From: Coniocarpon cinnabarinum
Taxonomy: Eukaryota
Direction of reading: 5' to 3'
DNA length: 64,000 nt
NCBI GenBank assembly: GCA_051942205.1
Contig: JAVECO010000002.1
Span: 1 to 64,000, forward strand
Shown: piece by piece, positions 35,834 through 49,225 of the stretch
Layout: each line of letters opens with the position of its first letter
How positions within the stretch are numbered: the first letter of the stretch is position 1
The notes under the pieces: generated by a model
The model's database searches: none
Told to the model about the DNA's origin: nothing
The model's input: only the letters and a program-made list of their open reading frames with translations
Position numbers and translations under genes: made by a program

Positions 35834-37324
35834 GAAACCAGTTTACCAAATCATGAGCTGCGATAGCGACAACAACATCATCGGATGCGCGTCAGTGGGC
35901 CGAATAGGTTGGTATGGGCAAGGCGACCTTGCTGTCGAGGGTTCGGTATGACGGAAAGAAGTTTGGTATGGTTGCTCAATGACGAGCGCGCAGCACTAGT
36001 CGCCTGAAGTGATCGCTGCGCACAATGCCGTCGTTGCAGGAGGCGCGCTCTCACGTCGACCCGATACCCATACACGTGGAAAGGGCTGGCTGGGGGGGAT
36101 GCAATGGTCAGTTGGCGTGGTGCAGGCTCTGCTCGGCAAGATGCGCCTCGGTGCCACAATACTTTTCGCGGGCACCCGGTCGAGTTGAGTGGCGTCGACT
36201 TGTTCCTCGTTCCATCGCTCCATCTCGGCGCGCTGTGATATGCTGGAGTCCCCAGCATAACTGCGTGCTGTCCATCTTGCCAATTGCAGCATCGCCGCTC
36301 GCGAAGTCATTTTCGAGATGGCATCCCCGCCGTCCCAAACTGCGTATCTCTGCCAAAGAGGTTCAGAGTGCGAACCCGCAGGAGGATCGATCACAATCAC
36401 GCAAGAAATCATCTACATAGAACCAATGTCACGCTGTGATTCTTGTCCTTCCTCAAAATTTCGCAATGCAGTGCATCAGCACGAGCACCGGAGTCTCGGG
36501 CGAGCCGACTTTTGCTGGGCCGTGCTCGTGCTGAAGAGGCAGGGATGAAATCCTCTTGACACACAAGGCCCAGTATCAAGGGTCATCAACAGTGGAGTAG
36601 TTATCATGCCGAAGACCTCGCACGACATGTCTTTGGCTCAGTTACCAAAGACACATCTCAGGGCCCTTTCCGCAGCTGTGTGCCGTGCTGCGAGGACAAA
36701 ATGTGACTGTGGCAAACGCTCATGCCAATGGGACCCGTGTTATGAACGAGAATGTCTCGCGACATAACTGAAACCAGCATAGCAGATTTGCAATGCGATT
36801 CGGCAAGCAATGGTGAGATTGGCAGGCATGGGCGGCGCATATCACCTAGCAGCGTCTCTTACCTTGCGTTTCTTGCTGAGTCCACGGCACTTGACGGGCC
36901 ATGGAGTGGGTTTGTGTGTGCTGGCGACCGTGGTAAATTGAGGTAGATGTTAGTTGAAACATGATGCTGTGCTCGCACTGCCGTAGAGTCGTACTGTTGA
37001 TGAAGTGACGAATCGAAAGACAAACATTGCTTTCGACCAGAGCGGCAAGAGAGGTTTGAAGAGTCGGGGCGCACGGACCATATACGATGCTCTGGAAATT
37101 AATGTGATCCACGTTTTGGTGATGGCCTGTGCGAAATACTGACAGATATTCGTCCGCCTGCTCGTAAACTAGCCTAGACTATATCTAGCCTAAGAGCAGT
37201 TTGAGATACGTACCTTCGAAGTACCCGATGCCATCATTTGGACAATCAAGTGAAATGCATGTCGATCAATTGACTCGAGTGAATGATCGATTATAAATGC
37301 AGTGGCACTTCCTTACGTTATAAG

Positions 37325-38152
37325 ATGCTTTTGCTCGGCCTGACCGGCTCTATCGCTACCGGCAAATCCACGGTCTCCGATCTCCTGCGCTCTGAACCAT
37401 ACAACCTGCCAATCGTTGACGCCGATGTGCTTGCTCGTAGAGTCGTAGAGCCAGGCACGCCGGGCTATCAAAAGATACTTGAAAGTTTCGCTTCCACTAC
37501 CCCCGATCTTCTTGTCCCTGCTGGAGAATGTGGGGGTTTTCAAGACGGGCCTAATGGCAAAGGCCGACCACTTAACAGGCCCGCGCTCGGGAGACGCGTC
37601 TTCGGCGGTAGCGAGGAAGCACAGCAATTGCGGAAGACACTCAACGGTATCGTGCATCCCGCAGTGCGAAGAGCAATGTGGATTGAAATGGCACAAGCAT
37701 ACATTCGGGGCAGCTGGGCATGTGTGCTGGACATTCCCCTGCTGTACGAGAGTAATTGGGAAAGACTATGTGGTAGCGTTATGGTTGTTGCTGTGAAAGA
37801 TCCGAAGCTTCAAACGAAGCGACTAAAAGATCGCGATGCTCATCTTACTGACGAGGACGCTCGAAATCGAGTGCTCAGTCAGATGGATGTTCGTGAGAAG
37901 GCCGAGCGTTGTTTACAAAGGGGTCAAGGCGCCGGGGTTGTCATATGGAATGATGGTGATAAGGAAGATTTGAAGCAGGAGGTTAGCCGGGTTATGCGAG
38001 AGGTAAGAAGGAACAGCCCCACGTGGTGGACTTGGCTGCTTTGGCTTGTGCCACCCGCAGCCATGAGTGCAGCTTTATATAGCTTTTTAAGGAGTTGGTT
38101 GATTCAGCGCAGATGGCAAAGACAGAAAGAACGGGAAAAAGCAAAGCTTTGA
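37325..38152 (+). CDS. CAB5: Dephospho-CoA kinase (CoaE) with C-terminal TM segment
   Basis: MLLLGLTGSIATGKSTVS, IVDADVLARRVVEPG, LNRPALGRRVF, LNGIVHPAVR and LDIPLLYE. Confidence 0.95.
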   Translation: MLLLGLTGSIATGKSTVSDLLRSEPYNLPIVDADVLARRVVEPGTPGYQKILESFASTTPDLLVPAGECGGFQDGPNGKGRPLNRPALGRRVFGGSEEAQQLRKTLNGIVHPAVRRAMWIEMAQAYIRGSWACVLDIPLLYESNWERLCGSVMVVAVKDPKLQTKRLKDRDAHLTDEDARNRVLSQMDVREKAERCLQRGQGAGVVIWNDGDKEDLKQEVSRVMREVRRNSPTWWTWLLWLVPPAAMSAALYSFLRSWLIQRRWQRQKEREKAKL

Positions 38153-38392
38153 AGCTGCTATGCGGGTCTAATATGCGCCTCATGCTTTTGAGTGAACCGG
38201 AAACAAGATAAAAACAAAAGCATGTGAAATTCTGAGGCTAAGGCTCTTGTGCAACCCCTTGGTCAGCAATCCCGCTCTCATCCGACCTAATTCTTGGCTG
38301 TTGTTGACTTCTAAAATTAGCCAATTTAACTCTGAAGTTCAACCCGATCCCACTGATTTCGAGGAGGGGGATACTCGGTCCTTCGAGAGAAC

Positions 38393-40786
38393 ATGCCTTA
38401 CTCAGATCATGAAAACTACCACGCGTCCATCGATGACGGTCGCGGAGAATGGCCAAGCGACTCGACTGTACCAAAATCTACTTCACCACCGAAGGAGTAT
38501 GAGAACTATCATGCGGGTATCGACGACAACATGCAATTTATGCAGCCTTCGTCTGCCAACGATGCTCAAAGGAACATCGCAGCTTCCAATCACGAGCATA
38601 GCGGTGATGCTGGTCGTCAAAATCATAACTTCAAAGTTACGGCTCTTGGCACAATCGAGTATCGACCACCACCAAAGCTCCCAAAGTTCGTCATTCGTGA
38701 CAAGAGTGGCAAGATCCATGAACCGTCGGTTGCATCCAAAACAAACGGTCGCGGAGGAGCCACAGCTTCACTGAAGCAGGTAGGAAAGGTGTGAGGCCTG
38801 AGCCAACTATGGATGCGGCTGAACAGTCTCATTGCGCAGGATGTAAAAGAATCAGAGCCGCGACTGCAACGACAGAACAATCATGAAACCGAAAACGAGG
38901 CTCCAAAACCTGAGGCTATGGATGCTGATGGATTGGACGAAAACCAGAAAGCCAACAAGAAAAAGAAAAGTGACAAGAAGTCTCAAAAGCCCAACACAAA
39001 ACAGGGCAAGGGTGGATTTGCTACGCCTATCGATGTTCCGAATAACGACGAGGTTGCGAGTGCAAAGGGACGTCCTGTAGGTAATGCTGATACTACAGGA
39101 AACAGAGGAAACTCAAAGAAGAAGAAGAAAGACAAGAGAGACAAGCTTGGCCAAGCAGCTGAATCATGTTCGAAAACGCCACGGAGCGAGGAGCGTTCTC
39201 AGCTTGAGCCTCGCAGTGTGCGGGACCAAAGTGCCGGGAAGGAGGCAGTCGCTTCTGAGAACAATGGCAAAGAGTTTTCGGATGGGATACAACAGTTTGA
39301 CGCAAACGCTGGAGAGGACACCCAAGAAAATTCAGATCCAAATTCAATGAACCAAGAGCCTTGGTCGGGGGCGCAGGCAGAGTCATCGCAGTTCAAAGTC
39401 CTCGACGATGGCGTTTGGGATTCTTCACCCCTCGCTGAGCCGCCACTGCAATGCGAGGAGTTAGCACCAGCAGTTCCTAATGACGCAAAGCGTGCGAACG
39501 TAGACCTGTGGGTACCATTTGTCTGATTATCAGGATCTGATGCTGATCATCAACCCACAAGATTGGACATAGATGAAGATGCTGCCCAAGTTCAACCAGC
39601 AGACACCGAAACAGAACAAGAGATCTCTTGGCCTAGTCGAAAGGGAGGATCTCCTTCTGACAATGACACTGGGCTGCATGCGGTTGGGTGGCCTCAGTTT
39701 TTGACTCGCTCTGTGCGTGGGGATGAGCATCGTGAAGGAAGAAGTCCTCGGCGCAGTCCACAAAAATCTCTTTCACGCATTGAGCAAGGGTCGCGTGACA
39801 GCACGCCGTATGACGCTCACCCGACTTACAGCTTCAAGCCTAGACATAGCAAGAGTAATGCTAATGGCCAAGTCAGTCATCGCAATGATGATGTGCAACT
39901 AGGTCAAACTTCCGGACGTAGTGCCGGGTCTACGAATCGTCCAAAAGCCGTACCGACAGAGCGTGCAGGGCTGGAATTCGCGCCACGATTCTCCGTTACG
40001 ACTGTTCCCGAACCTGCTCGCTCGCGAAGAACTTCTCTGACACGTCTCAATGCGCGATCCAAATCTCACTATCGTCGCGGAGAACTTGACGACGCGAGTC
40101 TCATGTCTACAAATATGATTCGTGAGAAAGAACGTGACCTCAGCGGTCGCCTTCAGAAGCTTGATAGGGCCGTTCCTTCAGCTCAAGTATTCGCCAAAGA
40201 CGATCAGCCACAAGCGCGATGCACACCTCTATGCGAAACTCGAAAGGGATCGAATAGCCAGTTCAGCACTGTTGAACCTACACACCTGTGGACGAGGAAA
40301 TGGGGATCAGAAGTCTATCCTGAGGAGTCGGCATCGCAAGTCATTGTGTCGTCCACTACATCTGAGGCGTCGACAAGGAATGATCATCATGATGCTCAAC
40401 CTTACACGATTCGATTGGGAAGCCGAGAGCCCCAGCCATTGTCCCCCAAGGCTACCGCTCGCAAGGCTACTGATCTATTCACGGGTAATCGGCGCGTAGA
40501 AGGCAATGAAGAGCCTCGCACGAGCGGTGCGCTTCTGCCTCAATCTAAACGATCTCGAGCTAGTCGTCATTCCTCTGATCGTACCTATCATCGTTCACAA
40601 GAACGAGAAGATACGTTCTCATCAAGCCACCGAGATCATCAATCATCACGAAGCACAGCCAGCGACGGTAATCGAGCATCTAGCAGGGTCTACTCGGCTT
40701 CTAAAGAGCCAGCTGGTGATGCGGATAAGTCTGATGCGAGCTCAAGCCGTCGCACTGACACAACTTTCGATCGCACCGGATCCTAA
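38393..40786 (+). CDS. Hypothetical low-complexity, likely disordered protein, ~3 exons
   Basis: Three consecutive long + strand ORFs separated by short intron-like gaps; Ser/Arg/Lys-rich; no domain recognised. Confidence 0.55.
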
Positions 40787-41311
40787 TGTGATTGAACTCA
40801 GGCGCCTGATGGAGATCGCTGTGCAAAGACATTAAAGAAGCAAAGAGGGAGCAGGATCAGAAGCGATGAGTTATGTACTGCACATTCTGCCTTGCGGGAG
40901 ACGACGCCAATGCTGTTGCTGCAAAGGTTGACGAAGATGTCAGTAGTAAATGGCAATCGATTAATTGAATTGTATAGATAGCTCAAATCACCAGAAAGTC
41001 GCAGACTTGGTAGTTTTTACAATTAGAAAGCAATGGGGCGTGCAGTCATGACTAGCTCCTGTGCAAGATGTTGTGTGAACTTCTTTTGCATTGACGCTTG
41101 CTTTGTGTAATTGATTGTCGACCCGATCCATGCATTATTTGCATCATTCTGCTGCTCTGAGACGCCGAGAAAGATGGGGCTACCCTTTTCGCACATGAAA
41201 AAGGTGAGACCGTAGTCGCCGATGGAATCTTAGATCACCTCGCTAAGAAGAATCGAGCCTGGCTTCAAATGCTGAATATCTGGCGTTACTTGGGAAAAGA
41301 GCTTGCGGAGC

Positions 41312-41664
41312 CAGTGTGGTCAGTGGTTGGGTTCGGTTCGGTTGTGGTTCGGTGGCGTGCGCTACCACTACCAATAAGAGAAGAAACCCAACCACAACCG
41401 TTAAACCGTTAGTAACCGGTTTTTTTAGTGGTTGTGGCAACATAGAAGAAGGAGGCATAAAAGGCTAGTATTAATATAGCTACCCTGCCGAGTTTTGACG
41501 CGTATATACACGTATATACTACTCACACGACCACAACTACAACCAAACCATCTATAGAGGGTATTACCACTGCTAAACTACAACCAAATACGAAAGGAAC
41601 CCAACCACTAAGAAAACGGTTAACCACAACCAACCGTTAAAAAACCGAACCACTGACCACACTG
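41312..41664. mobile_element. Non-autonomous hAT-type MITE, 353 bp
   Basis: Perfect 17-bp TIRs CAGTGTGGTCAGTGGTT (22 bp with one mismatch). 8-bp TSD TGCGGAGC at 41304-41311 and 41665-41672. AACC(G/A)-rich subterminal repeats; no transposase ORF. Confidence 0.92.
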
Positions 41665-43240
41665 TGCGGAGCAACCCTCTTGAAAAATCATGCACAATTG
41701 CTTCGTGCTCTTCTTCGGTGCGGATGACCTATGTACCGGCCCCTCCAAATGTCTGTTGATTTTTGAGCACGAATGGAAGAGGACGAGATTGAATAGCACA
41801 TACGACATGGTCGATTGCTGCGCCCAGCCACTCAGCACGTGAGTCTGTGCAATCCTGTGATATGAACAAAGAGTCGCCGGCTTCGCACACATCGCAGCAT
41901 GCACTCGCGGCAGAAGCACATCCGTCCAGCGATATCACATCGCATGCCGGAGTCGGAAGATCGGAAAGAGCCAGACCTTCCTTCGAGTTGAGCGTCTCAA
42001 GTTCGCACGTCAACGCATAATCCTTCAACGGATCAAGCGCAAGCTTAGAAGCAACGGCATTGACGTTGTACTCTCGTAAAGGCTTTTGTACTGGGCCCTC
42101 GCAGAAGACCAAATCTGGTCGCTGCTCTTCTGTCGGGACTCCCGTGTCTTCTCGGCTTCGCTTCAGTCATGTTTCATCTGCTTAGGTGACTGATCCACGT
42201 GGAAGAAGAAAACGTTCGTGACGCAGCAGATGAAGACTTCGCGTTGCGGGACAAATAGAAGCATTTTCATCGCCAGTGATCGCTGTAATTCGACACTTTG
42301 GTCACTCAGATCCTTTTGGGCATGCTATTGAATTAATTGTCTTGACAGATGAGCTTGATATTACGAGGGAAATGATCCGTGAATTTGATCCCTGGGTTTG
42401 TACCACAGAGCATTCTGCCAACACGCCGATCGGCAATTTGCGGGCTGGCGCGCTTGTATAGCTCTGTCAATGTTGCGTCGAGAATGATGGTGGGAAGATT
42501 TGGCATTTTGAGATGCCACTGCTGAACAAAAAGAGACGAATTTCAACAGCAGCAGTCGTCCGCTTGTCATGAGCCTGTGCCAACATGTTGCCGGCAACGT
42601 TGTTATATAGCCAAAAGATGCCGTGATACTGGTTTCATGTCTCTGAGTCTGAGCGAGTCTACTTACGCTGCTCAGTCTCCTTTGTATCAATCAGACAAGA
42701 CCCACAATTACAAACATGAGGTTCTTGCAAAACATTAGAGCCTCTTATGGCTTTCATGACTGTCAATGCTGTAGTGGCGGCGACGCACATGGGATAGAAT
42801 CATGTATTTCCATTATAGGAAATTTCAGTACATCATACTTGCACATCACCTACCAACTGACTTTGCTTCTATTAAGAACTACCACCTTGCAAAGCCTGGA
42901 ACAATGTCGCAGAATACAGGTTGAATGTCTCTGCAAAGACGTGTTGGGCAGCTTCACGTGAAATAGTGACGCTTACGTTTCTTGACTGCTTTGCAAGTCA
43001 ACTGCAAGTCAATCCGTCCATGCTTGGAGATGACACTCTCATGAACTCATTTTATGTGTCTGCTGATGCTCGTAGGTCGTGTTGCATGTTGTAGATTTAG
43101 GACATGCATCGGTGCTGCGCCTGGAGCTGCGACAGCAAACATGAAGGCAGAAGGTGGGTTCAAATGCTGTGTATCTTCTCAGCTTTCAACTTTCGCTCTA
43201 CACTAATTCACTCATCAAATATAAAGCATCTCCTGCTACG

Positions 43241-43846
43241 ATGCCCCTACCCTCGACCGAACAAAACATCTACGAAGCACTTCAGGCCTACGGCCATAGC
43301 AAAGGGGGCTTCGTCATATACCGCACGAGCTACACACCCGCTTCCGACGCCATGTGGCCACGCTTTCAAGCGATCCTCATTCAGCGTGCGCGTAACGTGA
43401 TTTTGGATTCTGATACACCGCAGCTTCTAGACCATCTCGATTACAAATTTATTTCTGATCCTGCTCGGATCGATGGTACCGATCCCATTACCTTGCAACG
43501 CATTCATGCCGAGTGGCGTATCAGTCCTGATGCGCAAGCCGAGCAACCAGAAGGCAGTGCACAGGTCTGGCCATCCGATATACCAAGGTACAAGCATTGC
43601 ATCTTAGCCGACGAGGATGTAATGAGAAGTGTGACGGAGGGTCCACAGCCACCAGACCTGGATATTGATGGAAAGTCGTATGTTAAGTTCCTGCACTGCG
43701 ACTGGGTCAACGAGGATGCAGAGGAAGGGAGCTGGATGCTGTTGGCCAGCTGGTTGGCGGCTACTGATGCTTACGACGTCTTCCACGACAATGATGCAAA
43801 TTGGTACAATCTCTGGAGGAAACCACCTGAGGTCGTCAACCATTGA
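43241..43846 (+). CDS. Hypothetical fungal protein of the 'GFVIYRTxY' type
   Basis: Single-exon ORF with TATAAA about 20 nt upstream. Motifs GFVIYRTSY..W..F and PRYKHCILADE resemble a widespread uncharacterised Pezizomycotina family. Confidence 0.7.
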   Translation: MPLPSTEQNIYEALQAYGHSKGGFVIYRTSYTPASDAMWPRFQAILIQRARNVILDSDTPQLLDHLDYKFISDPARIDGTDPITLQRIHAEWRISPDAQAEQPEGSAQVWPSDIPRYKHCILADEDVMRSVTEGPQPPDLDIDGKSYVKFLHCDWVNEDAEEGSWMLLASWLAATDAYDVFHDNDANWYNLWRKPPEVVNH

Positions 43847-44112
43847 GAAGTGGAAGAAGTGGTGGCCAGGAAGCATGTTGGCGATTGATCGCCACAACTC
43901 AGGAACGACCATCCGTTCGGCACTTTGTGCAGGAACATGTGTCTCGCAATCGCTCGGCATAGCAGTTGACACAAACATTGTCAGCACTTGGTGTAGGCTG
44001 CTCTACCTTGCTTTTGGATTGTGGGCTTGTAGATGTGTGTCGCTTTACTGGTTGTTAAGGCATCACACTCACCGTTCCATATCACATATATGCTCTTAGA
44101 GATCTCACCAGA

Positions 44113-45527
44113 TTAATCAAGACGGCCGTTTTCAAAGCTGGAACTTCGACTACTAGGAAGATTTGGATTTGCGTGGCTCCGGCAAGCACATGGTGTTGAC
44201 AAGCTGCAACGTGACCAGTGCTTGTGCCACATTCCACTAAACATTGCGGTACTGCTCCACGATATTGGTACAGTCAGATATAATGGGATCGCAACGATCG
44301 AGGAGCATGCACTGAACGCTGCAAGTGTCCACGTCCACATCCGTCTCAGATGTCTCCATCGCGTGTGGATCATCGTTGGCAACATCAATGTGAAGAGACT
44401 CAGAAGCTGCATCGCAGCCGTTGCAACCAATTGACAGGAATCAGCGTCGGCGTATGTACCCTTCTTAGCCGGAGCGTAGTGCCAAGACATTGCCGTGGGG
44501 ATGCAGGCAAGCAATGAGATGGCAGGAACTAGAAACAGTATCGTTGCATTGCTTCCATACCATGGAGACTGGTAAGCTTCTACGGCCGAATTTGGTGGTT
44601 GGGGCGTACTTGAGTCTCTATCCGATAACCTGCATGGCTTAGCCCACCCTCGAGCAAAAAGAATAGGTCTCGGTTTGACTCACCACCACTGAGGGCTTGC
44701 AGGGTCTATGAGATCCTCATGCGGGTCTTCATCGTCTGTCTCTCGATATTCAACCTGCAATGCCGTGAGCTTTGCTTTCAAAGAGTCAAGCGTGTCTTCA
44801 TCGAGAAGCCCTTCTGTTGCTGCATTCCGAGCAATATTTCGAAGAGTGCGGCATTCGTCAATGACTACTCTGAGCGTATAGCGCAGATTCTCGGTGTCGA
44901 AACTCAGCTGCCTCAGGTGTTCCAGATGTGTCATCTGCTCGCCTTCGGCGTGATATGGAAGGCCTTGAACCTCGTGGCTCTGCACATACGCCATCTCTGA
45001 TCGCTTTGTCTTGAGCAGTAAACGGCTCATGCCGAGTAAGCGGGAGTAATATTTGACCACTTCACGATTGCGAGCGGCCTCGCGTACAGCGTCATCGGAA
45101 ATGGAATCCACAAAATCCTCGAGCTCTGCGTTGGGAGATACCATGTTCTCCGCCCATAGGGAGTCAAGTGGAGCCATAGAAGAATCCACCAAGCCCGAGA
45201 TGACCCACGTATCAACAATGGGTGGAGACTCTGAGTTAGCATTGTTGAACGTGACCAATGTATGAACATTCAAGCGGAATAAACAATGAGCTACTTTGCG
45301 AAGTATGGCCGCCGTTTCAGGTTGTACATGGTCGCGTGGAACGATTACTCAAGTGCTTTGTTAGATGTGGAACTGATGGGCGTCATGGCAAAAGTGCGCA
45401 TACCAAGATGCTCCAAGTTGTCCACACGCTGGTGGTGTCTTCTCCTGACGCTTGACTCTGGTCTAGCTTCTTGCTCGGCAGTACGTACCAGCTCCATGGT
45501 GTCGTACCAAAACCTTGAACACACCAC
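44113..45527 (-). CDS. Hypothetical protein with hydrophobic C-terminal region; exon structure uncertain
   Basis: A 197-aa helical ORF (44680-45273) plus a downstream hydrophobic ORF (44113-44514), separated by intron-like gaps. Confidence 0.45.
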
Positions 45528-45792
45528 CGTTCCAGCGACTGCAAGAATTGCACGCTTTGATTGACGGCGTTAGGTGTAATAAGGGACCGATATACAATGT
45601 AATCAGAGACTACTCTCGAAGCTGTTGAGAGAGGCAAAAGAGCGGAAACCGCCGCCAGATGCGATCTGTCAGTCTTTCCTCATGCTTCACGACTCACCAA
45701 GTCTCGTGCATACACTGCTTCACACGGAGCGGTAGGAGCTATCTGCGCCACTTTCGATTGACTGAAGTTGTTTGGCTTGAAGGGGGCTCATC

Positions 45793-47428
45793 TTACAACT
45801 CATTCTTGGCTGGGTCAAGCGGATATGCCTCTCCACTGATACCCCTTACTGAAGGCGGGTAATTATTCATTTCAACACGAAGCGCTTGCAGATGCGTAAA
45901 TTCGTCGCCGTCTTCGCCTAATGCCCAGGCGAATGCACCACCCATTTGTTTCTGCACCATGATGGCGAAGAACTTCTTGCGAATGACACCGGGTGTGTCC
46001 CATGTCCAGAAAATGTTTTCGATGGGATCATGATAATAGTGTCCTCCCCCTGCGGGATCAAGTGTGCCATGTGTCATTGCTCTGCGCCAGCCTGAGAATC
46101 AGCATTGATGCAAGGAAGCTCGCTAAAGCTGAGAAGAATGTGGAGGAGGACATAGAGATATCGCGGAGCCTTCAGATATGCAAATGAACTCACCGTTGAT
46201 ACGAGTCTGACACCTGGTCTGGAACAGGATCGTGCCACGCGAACGCACCCGACGTACCCAAGTCTGTACCTGTGGTTGGGTCTTCCATCAAGACCGTCTT
46301 GCAACCGATGGGATCCCGGTCACAACCGCCATCAGGATCCGTCTTGAACCATTTGATGTAGAACGCAAATCCTAGATTTATCTTCTCACAAGGCAAGCCC
46401 CTTTCTTCATATGCGTCAATGGAATCCCACGATGCTTGAATACCGGTATGATGTTTGGTCACATTATCTCTTCGATTCATGAGATCATATGTCATGATAT
46501 TGAAAAAATTCAGGGATTCGCTGATTGCTGGGATTGTTTCGTTTGTGAAAGCGAGCATGTCTCGTTGCAAACCGGGCACTGCGGCCGACATGATCTTATC
46601 CGGCCCGAGAGCGGAGCGAATCTCGCGTAGTAATTTGGGGTAAGCCTGGATCTCCCGTACTTTCTTAGAGTTGGGGATCTGTTTGTAGTCTTCGCCATTT
46701 CCGCTATGGGACAGCTTAGCCATGCACGTGTGGGCACTGACTTAGGAGGATATTAGAGGCCACTGACCCTGGATACTCCCAATCTATGTCGACGCCTAAC
46801 TGCGTTTCAGATGTTATGTGATAAATATCTCTCAAGTGCCGGCTTACCGTCTGCACCAGTGTCTTCTACCATTTGCTGGACGTTCCGAGCGAAGTGTTTG
46901 CGGGTAGCGTCGGTCCTTGCCGCGGCGTCGAAGCCGGACGCATCGCCCCAGCCGCCAATTGCTACCTGGAGACGGGGACAGGTCAACACACGAGCCTTGT
47001 TGGAAGTACTTGAGCATTGTTGTGTTGGGTTGCGAGATGAACCATTGACAGAATCAGAGTCGTCAAGGAAGTGCTGGAGCTACTTGACAGCATGTATATA
47101 ACACAAAACTTTGAAGAGACCTCATCCTACCATGATGGCTGTGCCTGGAGCAAATTGCGACCGCACCTCTTCCACAGACATGAAGAGCGGCCATTTATTC
47201 GGCGACTCAAGCGTGAAGGTCTCGGACCTCATAAAAGCAAGCGCGACATGCGTAAAGCCCGAGGTAAGCTCCTTGTTCGGAGGTAAAACATTGTGCTGAC
47301 TGATTTGAATTTAGCAAATCTGCCTCAGAAGCACTTGGGGGGACCAACCCCGTCAGGTACATGAAGTAACGGGGTTTAGACGCCAAGGCAACAGCTACTA
47401 AGAGTAAAACGACGGTTTGTAAGACCAT
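45793..47428 (-). CDS. Secreted GH18 chitinase, multi-exon
   Basis: Signal peptide MVLQTVVLLLVAVALA, VAIGGWGD, spliced catalytic DG/VDIDWEYP/GGNG, IMTYDL and GGAFAWALGED. Confidence 0.93.
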
Positions 47429-47727
47429 TTTCGTCTAAAATGGCTGGTTAGCTAGCGAGCCCATCTTTTCTAAGGCACCTCTGGCCATCAAGCGTGAGAA
47501 GATTCAGTATGTCATAGGATCTTCCAAAGTGTGTTTGATGGGACCTTGAAGTGGCGTGTATAGATGGTTGTGGTCTGGGGGAGCTGTCACAGATGTCGAT
47601 AAATTCATCTCATTTCGCGCGGGATCCCAATGGAAACGCATAGTAAGACACTACTTACAGGTGTTCACTCTAAATTACATCGACTGGAATCTCACAGCGA
47701 CTGGTGAACAGGTAGTCATGCAGATGT

Positions 47728-47798
47728 GTCACGTGCTCACTGGACATGAGGCAGCACGTGACATAGCATCAGTCACGTGCTACTAGAAAAGTCACGTG
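47728..47798. promoter_or_regulatory. Cluster of four GTCACGTG (bHLH E-box, Cbf1-type) sites
   Basis: GTCACGTG at 47728, 47772 and 47791 (+) and 47755-47762 (-), about 300-370 nt upstream of the chitinase ATG. Confidence 0.55.
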
Positions 47799-48452
47799 TC
47801 AGATATTTCTTGTACCTACTTTCCCTTCTTTGCAGTTAAACCACAATGTACGAGACTCAGACTCTTCTGAGCATTTCATACGGGCACATTGAAGTGGCAG
47901 GGGTCATCGTGTTAAAGACTCAGCGCAATGCAAGCGCCCGTAATTGCCAGATGGCACGGTGAAAGCTGAGGCCAGCCAAGCGGAAACGACACAGAAAATG
48001 GCGGAAGCTGCTGTAGTGGCAAGATAGGTCAATGATGGCCGGCACTGTCCAACTCTCGTGCGTTTGAACATTGGTAAGCGTCATAAAGGTGAAGCTGCAT
48101 CGCTGAACTCAAATGACGCTCTAGAATGTGACAGTCGCTCCTTGAAAGGCTGTTTGCAAGTCTACTACAAGACCCAGCGCCCAGTATAACCCTGAGTGTT
48201 CCAGTCACGGCAGTGGTGGACTCCTTCAGTCGCCGTATTGTCCCAATTCTCCATGGAACAGGACTAGTGCAGTTACAGATGGTCTCACGCATCTTGGCCC
48301 CATTTTCACATCGCCAAAGTGAGATAATACGACGATGACGCGAACTCAATTTGTGACCACGTGGCTTGTTCCACAGTGGTTTTCTGTCTCAAGACTCAGG
48401 ACAGGATTGTGAGATCTCCGAGAGTCTGGCTTGATGTATTCATTATCATGCT

Positions 48453-49225
48453 TTGCTTCTAAGCACAGCGAGTGTTTCTCAAGGGCACTTTCCACATTCC
48501 TTGATGAGCGAGGTCTTGCACTTGCCTGGGAAGACACTGGCCATCAACAAGCTCGTCGAATTTCCCGCCACCGAGCATGGCCTCAAGATTTACGCCACCC
48601 CAAAAGTCACGAAGGACCTCGAAAAGCTTGACGCGTGCACCAGGCAGAATGCCCTGGCTACGATGACGATCTATTTGAACGTCGAGACGAATAGATCGGA
48701 CCGGATCTTGGGAGGCAAAGAGGTGTCTGTGGCTGTGTTTCTGTCAGTATAGTGTTTGTGTGGGTGGGAATTGTGGGAATTCAACCCAGCTGACACCTTC
48801 TATGATGTAGAAATTTCGATTCCGAGTCTTTCACACTTCTGCGACGCTCGGTCAAATACTACATTACCCCGTTGTTCGACAAGGACGGCGAACAAATTGT
48901 CGAGTTAAAAGTGGCACCTACGTACACTGGGCAATACACCATCGACCAAGGCAACCCTTCGACGCCGGTACTGAGTCACGTTTATACAACACTCGATGTG
49001 CTGAGCAGTCCAGACTGGCCCTCGCATCACACACTGACGCACTGGTGGAGCAATAGAGCCAAGTTTAAACGCGACAAGGAGACATTTTATCGCGAGAACC
49101 CGCATCTGAAGTCAAGCGACCGACAAGATCTTGAACGGGCACAGACGATGCCAACAAGGGCAATGACAGGTCTGAAAACAAGACTCTCAGGCTTCTCCGT
49201 GAACAGAAGATCTGAAACGATGTGA
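48453..49225 (+). CDS. Hypothetical protein (3' exons; 5' end unresolved)
   Basis: Two protein-like ORFs separated by an intron-like segment (CTGAC..TAG at ~48790-48810). Confidence 0.4.

Noticed and set aside
41729..42112. 127-aa minus-strand ORF next to the MITE as a possible transposase remnant
   Set aside because: No in-frame ATG, no DDE or hAT dimerisation motifs, and it lies outside the TIRs.
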